Source of the DNA: Klebsormidium nitens
Taxonomy: Eukaryota > Plantae > Klebsormidiophyceae
Direction of reading: 5' to 3'
Length of the DNA: 64,000 nt
Assembly: GCA_000708835.1 (NCBI GenBank)
Contig: DF236953.1
Location: 45,971 to 109,970 of the forward strand
Notes under the pieces: model-generated
The model's input: only the letters and a program-made list of their open reading frames with translations
Told to the model about the DNA's origin: nothing
The model's database searches: none
Made by a program: the position numbers and the translations under genes
Part shown: positions 1 to 12,357 of the stretch, piece after piece
How positions within the stretch are numbered: the stretch's first letter is position 1
Layout: each line of letters begins with the position of its first letter

Positions 1-78
1 ATTAATCCAGACCAAAAGTTTGGCTGACCCTGCCTCCCGCGAGCCTCCTCAAAATCTTTAACCCCCTTCTTAACCCAG

Positions 79-3000
79 GTCGCGGTTAAGCGGCTAAGCC
101 TGGAGAGCAAGCAGGGTGAGCCGGAGTTCCTGGCGGAGATTGGCGCCATATCGCAGCGGCTGAAGCACCCTAATCTGCTGAGACTCATGGGCTACTGTTC
201 GCACGGGCGGGACAGGCTGCTGGTGTATGAGCTCATGCGGCGCGGGGATCTCAGGTATGGTCATCAAGTTCCAAACTTCAGGGTTGTATCGTTTTAAGAA
301 ACGCCAAAGCTTCGGCTGCGGTTGGTCATAGCCCGCAAACCATCTTCGAACATAGGGGTAAGAGTAGGGTTGTTTATATGTGAGCTTCGCTCACGGTCGA
401 AGCCAAAGAGCGCTGACTTTGAAATCCAAACCCCAAGGGTTCAATGCTTGACGGCTCGTCCGCTATGACAGCAATCTCTGGCTTTCCGGTCTCCTTCTTG
501 GTATTTCTTCCCGCTTGCCTCGTCCAATTCGCTCGACTTACAAGCAGCGCGCCTCGTCCGATGCGTCCCGGCTTGTAACTTGGGTCTCCCGTATCCCGCA
601 GAGGTTATCTGCGAGATGGGCGGAAGGAGCCAATGGCATTTCTGGACTGGGAAACGCGGCTCAACATAGCCTGCGACTCCACAGCAGGATTGCAGGTAAG
701 ATCGACGCTCCGCGAAAAAGAAATTGCTAACGCAGGATGTTGCTCACGATTACAATTGTACCCTGCAACTCGAATGAACGAAGTGTCATTATGATCACAC
801 CTGCTTCTGCAAGGTCCTAGTCGCACTCCGGTTCTCATTGTGCTGTCTAGGTACCCGGCTCTGCTGGTAAGCAGAGCCGCTCCTAAAAGACGCGTGTCTC
901 CTTGCAGTATCTGCACGAGGGGTTCCGGCCTCCAGTGGTAAGTGCCACCACTTTCTTAAGTGTGTAGATAGCGCAAGTCCTCTGTCAGGCTTTCGAGAGT
1001 TTAGCTCTGCCGCCTTCAAACCGTCTCCTATGATGTCGGGTCATTTGCAACGGGTTTGCGCAGCATCTGATCTGATGTGCGATGCACTTTTGAAGACAGT
1101 GTGATATTCTGACTAGAAGTGCTTGAGAATTCTCGGTATTGGGGCTGTTTGGAGGCCATAAAGCACATTAATAAGCGCCCTGTCCTACATACACTTTAGA
1201 AGTTTATTCCTCACGGGATCTGTGACAGTGTGCGTAATGGGTGTGGAAAATTGGGCGAGTTGCTGTTGATTTTTCCTTTCCTGTCAGCATATATTGACCA
1301 GTTTGGCCGGAATAGCTCTTGCTTGTCCTTCGAAACGCAGGTGCATCGGGACATCAAGACGTCGAACATCCTCTTGGATGATGACTTCCGGGCAAAGGTG
1401 AGCGGCTGAATGCTCTCTTGGCCTTTAATGTATCGCGCTTCTGATTTTCTTGTAAGCCTTCGGCAAAGTCCGGTTCTTATATAAGGGCACTGTTCGTTCT
1501 TCTTTCTGTTGCTGCACTCACTGAGACGGCAAGGACCTGCGCGTGCTAGCTTCTAATGAAGACGTTCGTTGTTCTCCTTCTTGAATCGAATTTGAAGGCC
1601 TTCACCGCCTTCACGTGCACTCGTCAGGCCCCTCTGTTTGGCAATCTGTCTCCGATCTTGAAACCGAGATTACGTTCATTCGTACGGGCCCCGCAAATAT
1701 TCTTCGGGGCGGGGGGACCTCCTCACTCTATCTTGGCCAGCTTGGCAAAACCCCGGGCCCGCGATACGCGGAGGCAACGAATGTACGGCAACGCCAGCGT
1801 TTCGCCAGTCACTTACCATGAAGTCCAAGCGGGGATATTTAGTTTGTTCTTTTCTCTGCAGATCTCCGACTTCGGGCTGGCCAAACTGTACCCTGAGGAT
1901 GATGCCACGCACATCACCACCAAAGTGCAGGGGTGAGCTCGGCCGCACGTCGAAGCGCAAACACTTTCGTGTCTGTAAGAGGCATGATTCAAAATACTTT
2001 TCTAGAATACTTATAGTAAGCTCAAGTTATTGTAAGAACGAAGCTACCACTGAAAACCTGAACCCAAAATGTCACCCGCTCCGCAGCCGTCCCCACCCTA
2101 ACCCCCATACTAATCCTACCCGTCCCAGTACTATACCTTGAGCTTACTATACCTAGTCTGGGGAATGATTGGTTCACAGGCGATCTGTCGTCGTGGCAAA
2201 GTTACGTTGCTAGCACCGAAGTTTGATACTTCCTAGACTTTCAAGTGCTCTCGGCCTATTCGCTCCAGTCGTTCTGCCTTATCAAAGCAAACTTCTAACC
2301 GAGCCAGTAACTTTCTTTGCAGGACGTACGGTTACTTGGCGCCTGACTATGCCACTACCGGGCTTCTCAACACCAAAAGCGACGTCTACAGGTAAGGAAC
2401 AGGAGTATGAAAGCACGCAAAAAGTCCAATCAAGATGGTCGCCATTTGCAAGTATCCTACGTTGGTAGGATAGCATCTGCTTGCCTATGGTCATAATTGA
2501 GTCGTCTCCTTGCGACAAGTGCATGATCGATGACCTGGGTATCACTGAAGAACGGTCTCAGCGTCAGAGTACTTCAATCTTGCCTGGGCCGTCGTGAGCG
2601 AAGTCGATTGCACAATCTGGTCGAGTCTGAGATACTCTAGTAATAATCCGCTGGAGAACTCAAGACACTAGCATCTCTGAGTAATCCGCCGGAGAACTCA
2701 AGATACTAGAGCAATAGCCATGACCTACACCTTGAACAACCACGGTTTTTGACTCACTCTTGCCTCTTGCACTGCATTTTTCGACTTTATAACTTATGGC
2801 TCTGCTTTCTTTCAGAAAAAGATATCTTCTAGCAAAACAAAACGCCCTCCTCCTTGGCAGCATGGGCGTGGTCTTCCTGGAGCTCTTTGCGGGCGTCGTC
2901 GCGGTATCCGCGACCACCCTCAACTCTGACGTCAACAGCTTCTTGGTGCCCTGGGTGAGTCCGCAAACTCTTCCTCAAGCGCTGACGTCAACAGCTTCTT

Positions 3001-4219
3001 GGTTCCCTGGGTGAGTCTGCATACGCTCTCTCACGCGCTGACGCTCGTGCACCGAGCTACCGGGGTGCGGTACGTCAGCAAGGGAAGCCCGCTGAGATGT
3101 CCGCAGACGGTGGCGAGGGCTCTGGCTCCCGTCGGGCTTCTTGTTGCACGTACGTGGATTGCGATCGTGCGCTCATGTACGGTCACTCTGTGAGATGCCT
3201 TCTGGTGTCACCTACGCCCTTCGGAACTGACCCATGCTGTTTGACCGAAGTCTGACTTAGCACGGCGTGTCTGAACTACAAGAGCGCCCCTGTTTTGTAC
3301 GGGTTTCGCTGATAGTCCACCCTGCGTCATCGGATGGTTGGGGGTTGCACTCCGCTGCACGAAGGCAGCAATGAGTGTCAGAAGTCCAGTCCGTGCCTAG
3401 ATCACTCCGTTTCCGTCCGTTCTTGCAGGCCCGGCGGAACAGCGGCAAGGCGGGGTTCTGGAAGGAGGTGATGGACCCTGCTCTGGAGGGGCAGTGCCCG
3501 CCCAAAGCTGCCAAAATCTTCGCGGCACTGGCGGTCGGCATGAGCTCGCACGTAAGCGACATCGTGTTTCAAGATGTGCTTCGCTTGCGCGCTGGTGTTA
3601 GATAGAACGCTGTCCAGTACGTTTGACCTGGATTAAAAACAGTTCCGTGATCTGAAACTGCATTCAGCAGCACTTGCTGAGGTGTCGTCAATGTCTTGAG
3701 CCTCCGTACCAAGATCCCGGCATCCCCTTCTTCGTTGGGAGCCTTTGAGAGCTGGCCCGGGCCTTTCGACACCGCATAAAACGCCAGAGCCCCAAGATCA
3801 AGGTCGCCAGGTGCAGTTCGTCAAGTCTTCCTTCTTTCCCCGTTCAGGATCCCAATGCTCGCCCGACAATGAGCCAAGTGGCTTACACATTGGAAATGGT
3901 GAAGAAGGAATGCGCCGCCAACCAGGGCCAACCGTCCCTCCCACGGACGGCCGGTTCTAATGGTGTCGTCGGCACGACGTCAGCGAGTGGTAGTGGATCA
4001 CGTGCTCGGAAGGGTGATAGCTATCGGCCGTTCGAGCCCCAGTCTGGCACGTGGGCTGAAGATAGTCTTACGGGGGGGTCTAGTAGGACGACCGGCTCGG
4101 AGGGAACATGGGTGCAAATGAGTGAGTCGGAGAGCCTGCCGGAGCATTCAACGCTCTTGCGGCATGGTCAAGGCGTCACTGTTGTACGACCGGAAGTCTT
4201 TCAAGGTAACGGCCGATAG
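79..4219 (+). CDS. Receptor-like (RLK/Pelle) Ser/Thr kinase, 3' part; 5' end lies upstream of the window. Exons ~79-254, 602-695, 908-937, 1341-1397, 1862-1932, 2323-2391, 2861-2954, 3429-3551, 3850-4219
   Basis: Manual splicing at GT-AG sites gives contiguous kinase subdomains: VAVKRL, LKHPNLLRLMGYC, LLVYELM, LDWETRLNIA, YLHE, VHRDIKTSNILLD, ISDFGLAKL, GTYGYLAPDY, KSDVYSMGVVFLEL, RPTMSQV. Confidence 0.95.
2012..2151. mobile_element. ~140-bp MITE-like element in a kinase intron
   Basis: Perfect 15-bp inverted repeat TATAGTAAGCTCAAG (2012-2026) / CTTGAGCTTACTATA (2137-2151), with a C-rich core (cccaccctaacccc...tacccgtccc) that recurs elsewhere in the window. Confidence 0.7.
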
Positions 4220-5389
4220 TATATAGTGTAGACACGGAGCCCAGAAGCCAAGGCCGCCAAAATGGCCAAAATCCGGATGCTTATAATTGAAGAGCCACTA
4301 CACGTATATGCCTCATATAACAACTACATACAATGATATAGTGTCCTCTGCTCTCTCATAATCGTTTGTTTGTAAAGTATTGAAGGCCGGCCTTGGTAGT
4401 TGTCAGGGTTTTTGGAACTGGAGAGACCACCTAGCTAGCTAGGCCCTTAGTGGCAACATGTAGAAAGTCTGTGAGTTTGGATACTTGTTCAATTTTGTAG
4501 AGGCCTGTCATATAAAGCAAGCTCAAGGATTTAGTTCTCTGACAATCAGCAAGGCAAGGTCATACAATCCGTAGCATGCAGCTATCACTGGAGTGATTAA
4601 AGATATTACATACGATTGTCACTACGCATTCTGCCTTGTTCGATCAGATTTACCTACAATGATCATGATATGGAAGCGTTGCATGATCATTCATCAGTAC
4701 CTGCATGATATATCCGGCGATTCGACACGTTCACTTGATATACCTACCGTACCCATATTCAGTCATATAAGCGGCGGTTATTAACCGCGATCCATGTACG
4801 GTTGATGAAATCCTCAACATCATCAACACATTTGGGTTGCAGTTGCATGCCTGGCATCATGGCATGGCCCATGTGAAAGATGAAGTTGGGCGCGGCAGGC
4901 TCCAAACGTGGATCCCCCGGGATCTCAAATTTTCATGTCATGATGATGTAATTCAAGTTTGAATGCTTCGGTGCGGCCGACGACACCAGCAAGTTCCCGC
5001 CAATTCTGTGCAAACGTGGCACTCGAACCGTGGCCTCCCATGGCGTCCTCGATATCCGGAGCCAATCAAATGATGGAACATCGCCACCTGGACTTTGAGG
5101 TCAATTGAAAATGGCATGACGTACGCCGCTTGCCGCCATTGCCATGATGGCCCATTCAAGTTTGATTGAGTTGGCATTGCCAGTGCATGCCAGGGAAGCC
5201 CGAGGCGGCCAGATGATTTCAAATTCTCAGCAATTTGAATTTGAGTCTTCAGCCGCCTCCTGCTGAGCTGCAAGAACAGGATGGAGGTGCTATGACCACT
5301 TGACCAGTTTACTGTCCACCTGTCACACCTTTTTGTTAGAGTCGCCTTCCCTCGAGCGATAAGTGCGGCAAGGTGGCCGGTGCTGCAAG

Positions 5390-8300
5390 ATGGCGGGATC
5401 GGCGCCATGTGCATGCTTTCCTGCTTCTTTTCAAGCTCAATGGAGCCACATTGCCACCTATGGACGCACACTGAGGCTGGATCTGCCAGCCACAGCACTC
5501 GCGATTACCAGACCAAGCCCGCACTTGGGCCTCCATAACCCAGGCAGCAGGGGTGGGCGCTGGATCGTCAATGCGTCTATTGCAGGGACAGGGGAGGTTT
5601 GCAATGGGAGTGCGAATGGGGTTCACTCAAAAGGTAGCGAGGCAGTGCCAGTGGCTAGGCACTGGCAAGAAAGGGCAGTGTCGTGGGTAGCTCAGCCTGC
5701 CGCACCAGGGGCCCTTAGGGACGCCACCGACTACTGTGACGTTCCTTTGAACTACTACCAGGTGCGGGTCTTCAAACACTCTCCTAGACAGTTACACTTA
5801 CCGGTTTATCTAGTGGCCACAAAAGTCTTCTCAATTCTATGCTGATTCTCACATGTGCCTTGCGTCGCGCTTGTCCTGTCAAGTCATGTCGAGTCTGCAG
5901 TCGCGTCTTGCAGTCAAGCATGTATTGCAACTTAGGTGGTCCGCTTTTAGCATCAATTCCAAACGGTTTGGGAGCTCCCTCGCTGAACCCATTGCGCGGT
6001 AACTGCAGCTAGCTAGGCCCCAGGGAAGAGACACAGGGTGGTGAGTGTGAACCGGGGTTGTGTTGGCATCATTGACGGCACATGTTGAAGATACACATTG
6101 TTTTGCTGTAGATTCTGGGACTCCGAGAGTCGGCCACACAAGATGAAGTCTGGCATGCGCACCAGTGCGCTCTCAAGGCATCCCTGGCAGAGGAGGGCTA
6201 CTCCCAGCTGGCCATCAGTGCTCGTAAAGTAAGGACGCAAGAAGCCCTCTGAAGGGTGATTGTCACGAGTAAAAACTAAATTACTTGCACCCATGATTAG
6301 TTCAGGATTGCCAGTCAACTGGGTGCCTTAGAGTGTTTCAAAGTATATGCGCTTAGTAAGGCCTTGCTCTGGTGCCTTTCAGATCTCGGTGTCAAGAGAA
6401 GCTACCTGAAAATGCAAGAAATTCTATGTGAAGTGTTCCCCTGTGACAGAGTCAGCTCCATCTTTTTGTGGTCGACTGTATCCAAGAAAGGCTGCCAGCG
6501 TGAGCGTCTCATGGTGATTGGGCACAGCCCTTCTCTCCATTCTAAGTCTCCCAACACTCCCTAGGCGACTGAGTGATGCGATGCGACCACCGGCTTACCG
6601 CAGGTTTCCACTTGTGTTGCCAGGAGCTTTAATACCATGCTAGCATGAGAGTTGAGACTTGTGATCCTCACTCCACCATTTCAGGAGATCCTGGATGCCG
6701 CTTATTCGGTTCTTGGCAAGGACACGCAACGGAGGGAGTACACAGCACACGTGCGGCGCAGCAGGAACGGCGTCCTCTCAGTCCCCTGGGAGTGGGTGCC
6801 GGGACTGCTTATTCTGGCACAGCAGGTGAGGGGCAGGTCCTTTCACTTTGGGGCCACATACGTCAGTTGCTCCTTACCACTAAACAGACTTGCTTAAGAA
6901 CTACCTTGTCCATGTTTTTTCCAGGAGACATAGAGAGAGACACAAGTCCATAGTCTCAATAAACGACAAACTTGTCTTCAGTTGCACCTTACCAGACTCG
7001 CCTGAGTACTACTTTTTCCTGTTGTTCTGGAGAGCGACACTTGAATCAGAGAGACGAATTCATGTTCTGTTTTACAAACCTCTCAAGGGGGGAGAGTTGG
7101 GTGGGGGTATTAAGGTGGCCATGCACAGGTTGCAACACCCACGGCCAAGTGCTTTCGTAAGTATGAGGACTGTTGCGGTTCACTGACTAAATGTGCTGGG
7201 CTGCTCAGAAGTTATGCGTACGATCTGGCCCAGTCATTGTGGCATCAGCCCAATTGCCCCGATACATATGAGTGGAAAGTAGCAGAAATCTGTATGTACA
7301 GACAAAAACGGGTGGAAGGCAGGAGGATTGAGCTTGTTTTCATCTGCAGGCAGGGGACGCGACCCTTGTTCTCAGTTGCGGGGAACAAGCGCTCCAGCGG
7401 ACGACCCTTAACCCCCTGAAGGGGGACGTAGTGCTTGCGATGGCGCTCGCACAAGTAAGTGAAAGAGTGGCCACTTTTCAAAAAAGTGAAGAAACACGCA
7501 GTATCTGTAGTCCTTTAAGAGATACGTCCAGCTTGTCCATGTTGGAAACACTTCCGCTAAGGAATTTGATCACCTTCTACGACTCAAACTGCCGTCATGT
7601 GGCTGAGTTCGATAAAAAAACCTCTCTCGCCAAGATCCGTCATAATTGGTTTCTTGTTTCTGTCTCTGCATAGTGACCGGAGTTCACAGGACTCCCAAGA
7701 AGATGCTCAATACTGAGCACCTTGATCACGGTCTTTCGCCATCGTATTCCTCCAAGTCGGATCGAGACTCGTATGCACTGTCTGTGGGTGAAAGGAACAG
7801 CTGCTAACTATCCCCCCCCACCAACTCTCCAGTGTTCCTTGGCTCGCGACGACTTCGAAGCGGACAGCGTGTGTTCTGCGTGTGCCCATCTCCGGACGGC
7901 GCTGGAGCTGCTTCAGCAAGGGGGGGACCTGCCCCTCCGGCCAGACTTGCAGGCACAGGTGAGGGATTTGCACAGTCAACTCCACAATAGTCGCGAACAG
8001 ACTCGGAGCGAGACCGCAAACTTTACGAGCTCGGAAGTTGTGTCAATGATAAGGGGCTAATTCCTACCAGCAGTGGCAGACGAGGAGGCGAAGTGGATGA
8101 ACGAGATGCAAGCGTAAAACCTAGAGCAGTCACGAAAACAATCTCCTCCGCAAATGGCAACGTAATAAAGTTCGAAAAACCCAGCGACGTTTCTCGGCTC
8201 TTTTTCCCTCCAATCTTCCTAGTAGCGACTTTCGCTCGGGAGCTTGCGAACCAAGGCTAATCGAGGGTAACCAAAGCGAGCTAATTGGGCCCTCTCCATG

Positions 8301-11300
8301 AGCCAGATTGAGCACACCGTGACCGCATGCGGTTCCGCGGCCTTTCTCGAACAGCTCGCCCAACCTGAAGGCAAGATTTCCCTCAGGGGTTGACTAACCA
8401 AGGTTAACTGAAAGCTGACTAACCCCAATCTCTCTGTCTGGGAGATCGAGCACACCTTGACCGAGTGCGGTCCCGCCGCCACCCTGGAGCAGCCAAGTTT
8501 GCCAAGGAGCCGACTGACCATAATCAACCGAACCTAACCCACGTTGAATAAAGCTGGCTAACCGTTCCTTCTCTCCGTGCCCAGATTGAGCGCACCTTGA
8601 CCGAGTGCGGTCCCGCCGCCATCCTCGAGCACCTCGCCCAGCCTGCCACCCCGGGTAACCTCACCGCCCGCTCCGCCGCAGTCCGCCAGTCCTTGGAGCT
8701 AGTCCAGGCTGCACTCACGCATGCCCCCCGGGGAGATCAACTGGGAACCAGAGTGGGCTGGTTTTTGGCCGCGGCGCAGGAGAGCATGGGGGCGGACGAG
8801 GGTGTGAATGGGCTCCCCTGGGAGGCGATTTCCAAGGCCTATCGGGGGGGCGAAGTCGATACCCCGGTGATGCTTCGCGGGGCGATGGCGCACTGTGCGC
8901 TGGGGTTTCGGAACCGGGAGCCGAAAATGGTGAGGCATTGGGCTTCGAGACAAGCGTGTTTGCGGGTTGTTGTTCCTTTCCAGCAAGCATGGCGTTTCTG
9001 CTGAGGCGTGCATGAGATGGACCTATAGATTGGCGAGCTTGCGACGTCTGCATGACGTTGACAGGCTCTTGCTGGCGGCTTCAGCCGAACAAACGCCCCG
9101 GTAGCTCTCATGCTTGGGTACCGTCTTTCTTCCGAAATCCGTCGCTTTCTTTCAGGTGGGCAGGTCTCAGGTGTAACGATTTTCTTCTACCTGTCTTCGC
9201 ATTTGGCCTGTCTGTTGTTTGCATCATTCGCAATCAAACCAGGTGCGACTCACCTGATGTTGCAATCGTTCGACGTCCAGCCTTCCAATGACGTCAGTAT
9301 GTGACGTCACTCTCTCTTCTCCGCAGGTGGAGCAGTGCGGTGAGCTGTTGGGGTTGGTGGTGGACCGCGAGGGCGAGCGCGCCAGCGTGCACGCGGAGAT
9401 GGCCGTCGTGGCGCTGCTCCTGGGCCTGGTAAGCCTCACATGATTCCTGAGATTCGAATTCTGAGTATAGGACTTTTTTGGCTCCAATTTTTCACTCTCA
9501 AAGTTCCACTTCTTGCAAGAGCCTTTGCTGCCAAGTGTCGAAACCTCGTCTGAGCTCTCCAAAGTCTCAAGAACGAAGTGTTCTGGGGCTTCGCATTCCA
9601 GAGGATTGGACCCGTTTGTTTCCAATTCGACTACCGCCTCTTTGTTGCTACGTAGCAATCTGGCTCGGCTGGTAAGCCAAGCGTTATTTGTGAAAGGCTG
9701 CCGTTTCGAAAGACTGCTCTTATCATACTACTGTCGTTGCTTCTCGCTTGCACGTGCCCTGAAGATACGTGATTGCGGACGTTTCGCATCTCTCGCCCCA
9801 GGTGGATACGGCTCTTGACTGGCTGAGTGACGTTACCCCCCCTCCGCCGGGCAAGGTGCCGGTGGCCGGGTCAGTGGAAGAGGCGTTGCGAGCGCTGACC
9901 GAGGAAACTGAGAACGGCAACAAGGACGGGGTTATGCACAACCTCTGCCTGTTCACGGTGAGAAAACCGAGCGGAAAGTGAGCCCTATTGGTGTACCAAT
10001 TGGGAGCATCTGTTCAAATCAGCACTGAATCTGGACAAATGGCACTGATTGAGACGGTGTCGTCTTTGCAGCGTACTTTCTGACGGCTGCTCCATCAACC
10101 TTCTAACTCGTATTATCGAGCCTCAGTCGCACTGTTGATCAGGACCTTGAAGCAGCCTTTGTCGATAGTCACTACAATGCCTACGTGCTATTTAGAGCCT
10201 CTCGAAGATGACAACCCAGTCCAGTATGATTGATTCTTACCCCGTCCGACTGGTTTGTGTTCCCGTATGAAACCTCACTTTCTTCAAACTTCTGAAGACT
10301 CGAGTTGCTCCTATGGAGAATCCCGCATTCTCCCGAAATTGACAACACAGTCCATCGCAATCATCGCATTCCCCGTCCGACTCGTTTCTTTGCCCATGTT
10401 CGACCTCTATTCCGCCAACGTTCTGAAGCCACCAGACTTTTACTAGGGGCTTTGATCAAGCATAGGAGAACGATACGGCTCTACTTTCAGGAGCGTTTCC
10501 TCCACACCCGCATCCTCGCCTCCTTTTGGGACACCCGCCGCAGCAGCCCCCCCCTCTCCACCTACCTCGAGGACAAGCGCGTGGAGCACTACTGGCAGTC
10601 CGCAGCAGGGGGATCCCCCCGCACTGCTCTGCTCGCCTACGCACGTGCCACAGCAGAGGCCATTCACACCGTCGTCGAAAAAACCAAGTGGGCGGTCCAG
10701 CACGCGCGCTCAAAGCTACGGGAGGTGAAGCGGCCGCCGACAATCGCTCCCACCCGCGCCGTTTTGCCGTTCGCCACCCCCCCCTGAAGAGACGGCGAGC
10801 GTCCCCACCCCCCCAGAAAGTGAACCCACCGTTGCGGAGCAAACAGCGGCGGCACTCCTGAGAGACCGACGCCATGTTCAATCACTCGCCACCACCCGGG
10901 AAGAAAAGGCGAGCGTTCCCGACCCCCTGGAAAATGAAGTCAACGTTGTGGAGCGCACGGCGGCTGCGCTTCTGAGCGACCGGCGGAACGGCGGCGCGGT
11001 GCGACCGAAGCTGCCCCCCCTTGCTTCTCCCGTCGTTCCACCCCCCCAAAGCGAGGGGGGCATCGCCCCCCCCCTGCCAACAGCCGCTCTCCCTGCCATT
11101 GAGATTTACCCCCCTGAACGTCGAAGACCCCGCAGCCGGTCTCCTTCCCCGGAACGACCAGCTTTACCCCCCGTCGAAAAAAGGCTGGAAGCGCAGAGGC
11201 AGGGTGCGCAGCGGCGGTCACGGGTTGGAAAGAAATCTTCGCTTCGGGGGGGCGACATGACGGGCTTGGCGGGGGGGTTGCTGCTGGCGGGGGTCACGCT

Positions 11301-12357
11301 TCTGGTGGGGCTCGTAGGGCGGGAGAAGCTTTTCCGCCGGACGCCCGAAACGCCCCACGTGACGTCCGCTCGTCCGTCCGCAAAAGCGCCGCCGCTGGTT
11401 GTGAAACCCCCCCGAGTCCCACTCGCCGACACCCCCCCTCCGTCCACCTCCGGGGGGGTCATCCCCGAGGGGGTACGCCTGCCGGACACGGTTCCCCCCG
11501 CAACGGAATGGAAGCGGTCCGAGCCCCCCGCCGCGATTGCGCTGCCGGCGATGAGCAGCCGGGAAGCGGAGGCGCTCGTCCGAAAATGGCACGCGGCGAA
11601 AGCGGACGCGCTCGGGCCCCAACATGCGAAGGGGCGGCTGAGCGACGTCGCGCTCCCCCCCTTGAAAATGCACTGGGCGAAAATTGCGGAGGATGCGCGG
11701 CGGGGGGGGCGGTATTGGAACTACAAGTTGCTAGACGTTGCGGTGGACTCGGCGAAAGTGTGGCGGTCTCAGCGGGGGAGTGAGGAGGAGGCGAGCCTGG
11801 AAGTGACGATCGAGGAGGCGGCGGAGCTGGTGGACACACGTGACGTCAGCGACAACGCGGTCTACTACAGGTGAGCTGACGTCACGCCGCGTCGCCCGCA
11901 ACTGATTCCCTGGAGGCAATTGCGATGGTTAGTATATTGCAAGCCGTGACTCGCTGCAAGTCTGCTAGTAACATAACGACAGATCGTGTTGTAGGGTCAC
12001 CGAAAAATATTGCTTTGCTGTGCTCTGAGAGGGGGTGCTTTACGGGTCCATTTACGGAAAAATGAGGATGCTTTTTGCTAGCGGTTGTTGTACAATACTC
12101 TTCTTCGAATGCTTGACGACAGACAACGGTTTAGCGTGGTTCAGAATCCTGTGTAGGTGGAAACCTCCAAAAGTGCTTGAAGTACTATATAAAGATTGGG
12201 AGGCGTATTTCTTGGGGTTGCTTTCCGTTGCAAAGATGCCGAAGACTTCCGCGGCATTGACGATCTCGATATTTTTTCCAGCACCTATCGTGCAAGATAC
12301 TCGTTGAGGCGAGTCGATGGCGATTGGAAGTTCTGTGAAGGTGGGAAAACAAGGTAG
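5390..12357 (+). CDS. ARC6: ARC6/PARC6 (Ftn2)-family plastid division protein. Exons include 5390-5761, 6112-6228, 6685-6825, ~7099-7157, ~7421-7453, ~7831-7957, 8586-~8929, ~9327-9428, ~9802-9957, ~10451-11871, ~12284-12357
   Basis: Transit-peptide-like N-terminus; J-like domain DVPLNYYQ|ILGLRESATQDEV...AEEGYSQLAISARK|EILDAAYSVL...RREY; VPWEWVPG; DVVLAMALA; LRPDLQAQIERTL; TM segment LAGGLLLAGVTLLVGLVG; C-terminal IMS (DUF4101-like) domain EAEALVRKWHAAKADALGP...YWNYKL...TYRARYSLRRVDGDWKF. One apparent +1 frameshift in the C8 run at 10777-10784. Confidence 0.9.

Noticed and set aside
4774-4788. Palindrome GCGGTTA-T-TAACCGC in the intergenic region
   Set aside because: A single short palindrome is expected by chance in 64 kb and has no supporting context.
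10456-11839. Several antisense and alternative-frame ORFs over the large ARC6 exon (and similar ones over KDZ and AEP exons)
   Set aside because: Shadow ORFs of GC-rich coding sequence.
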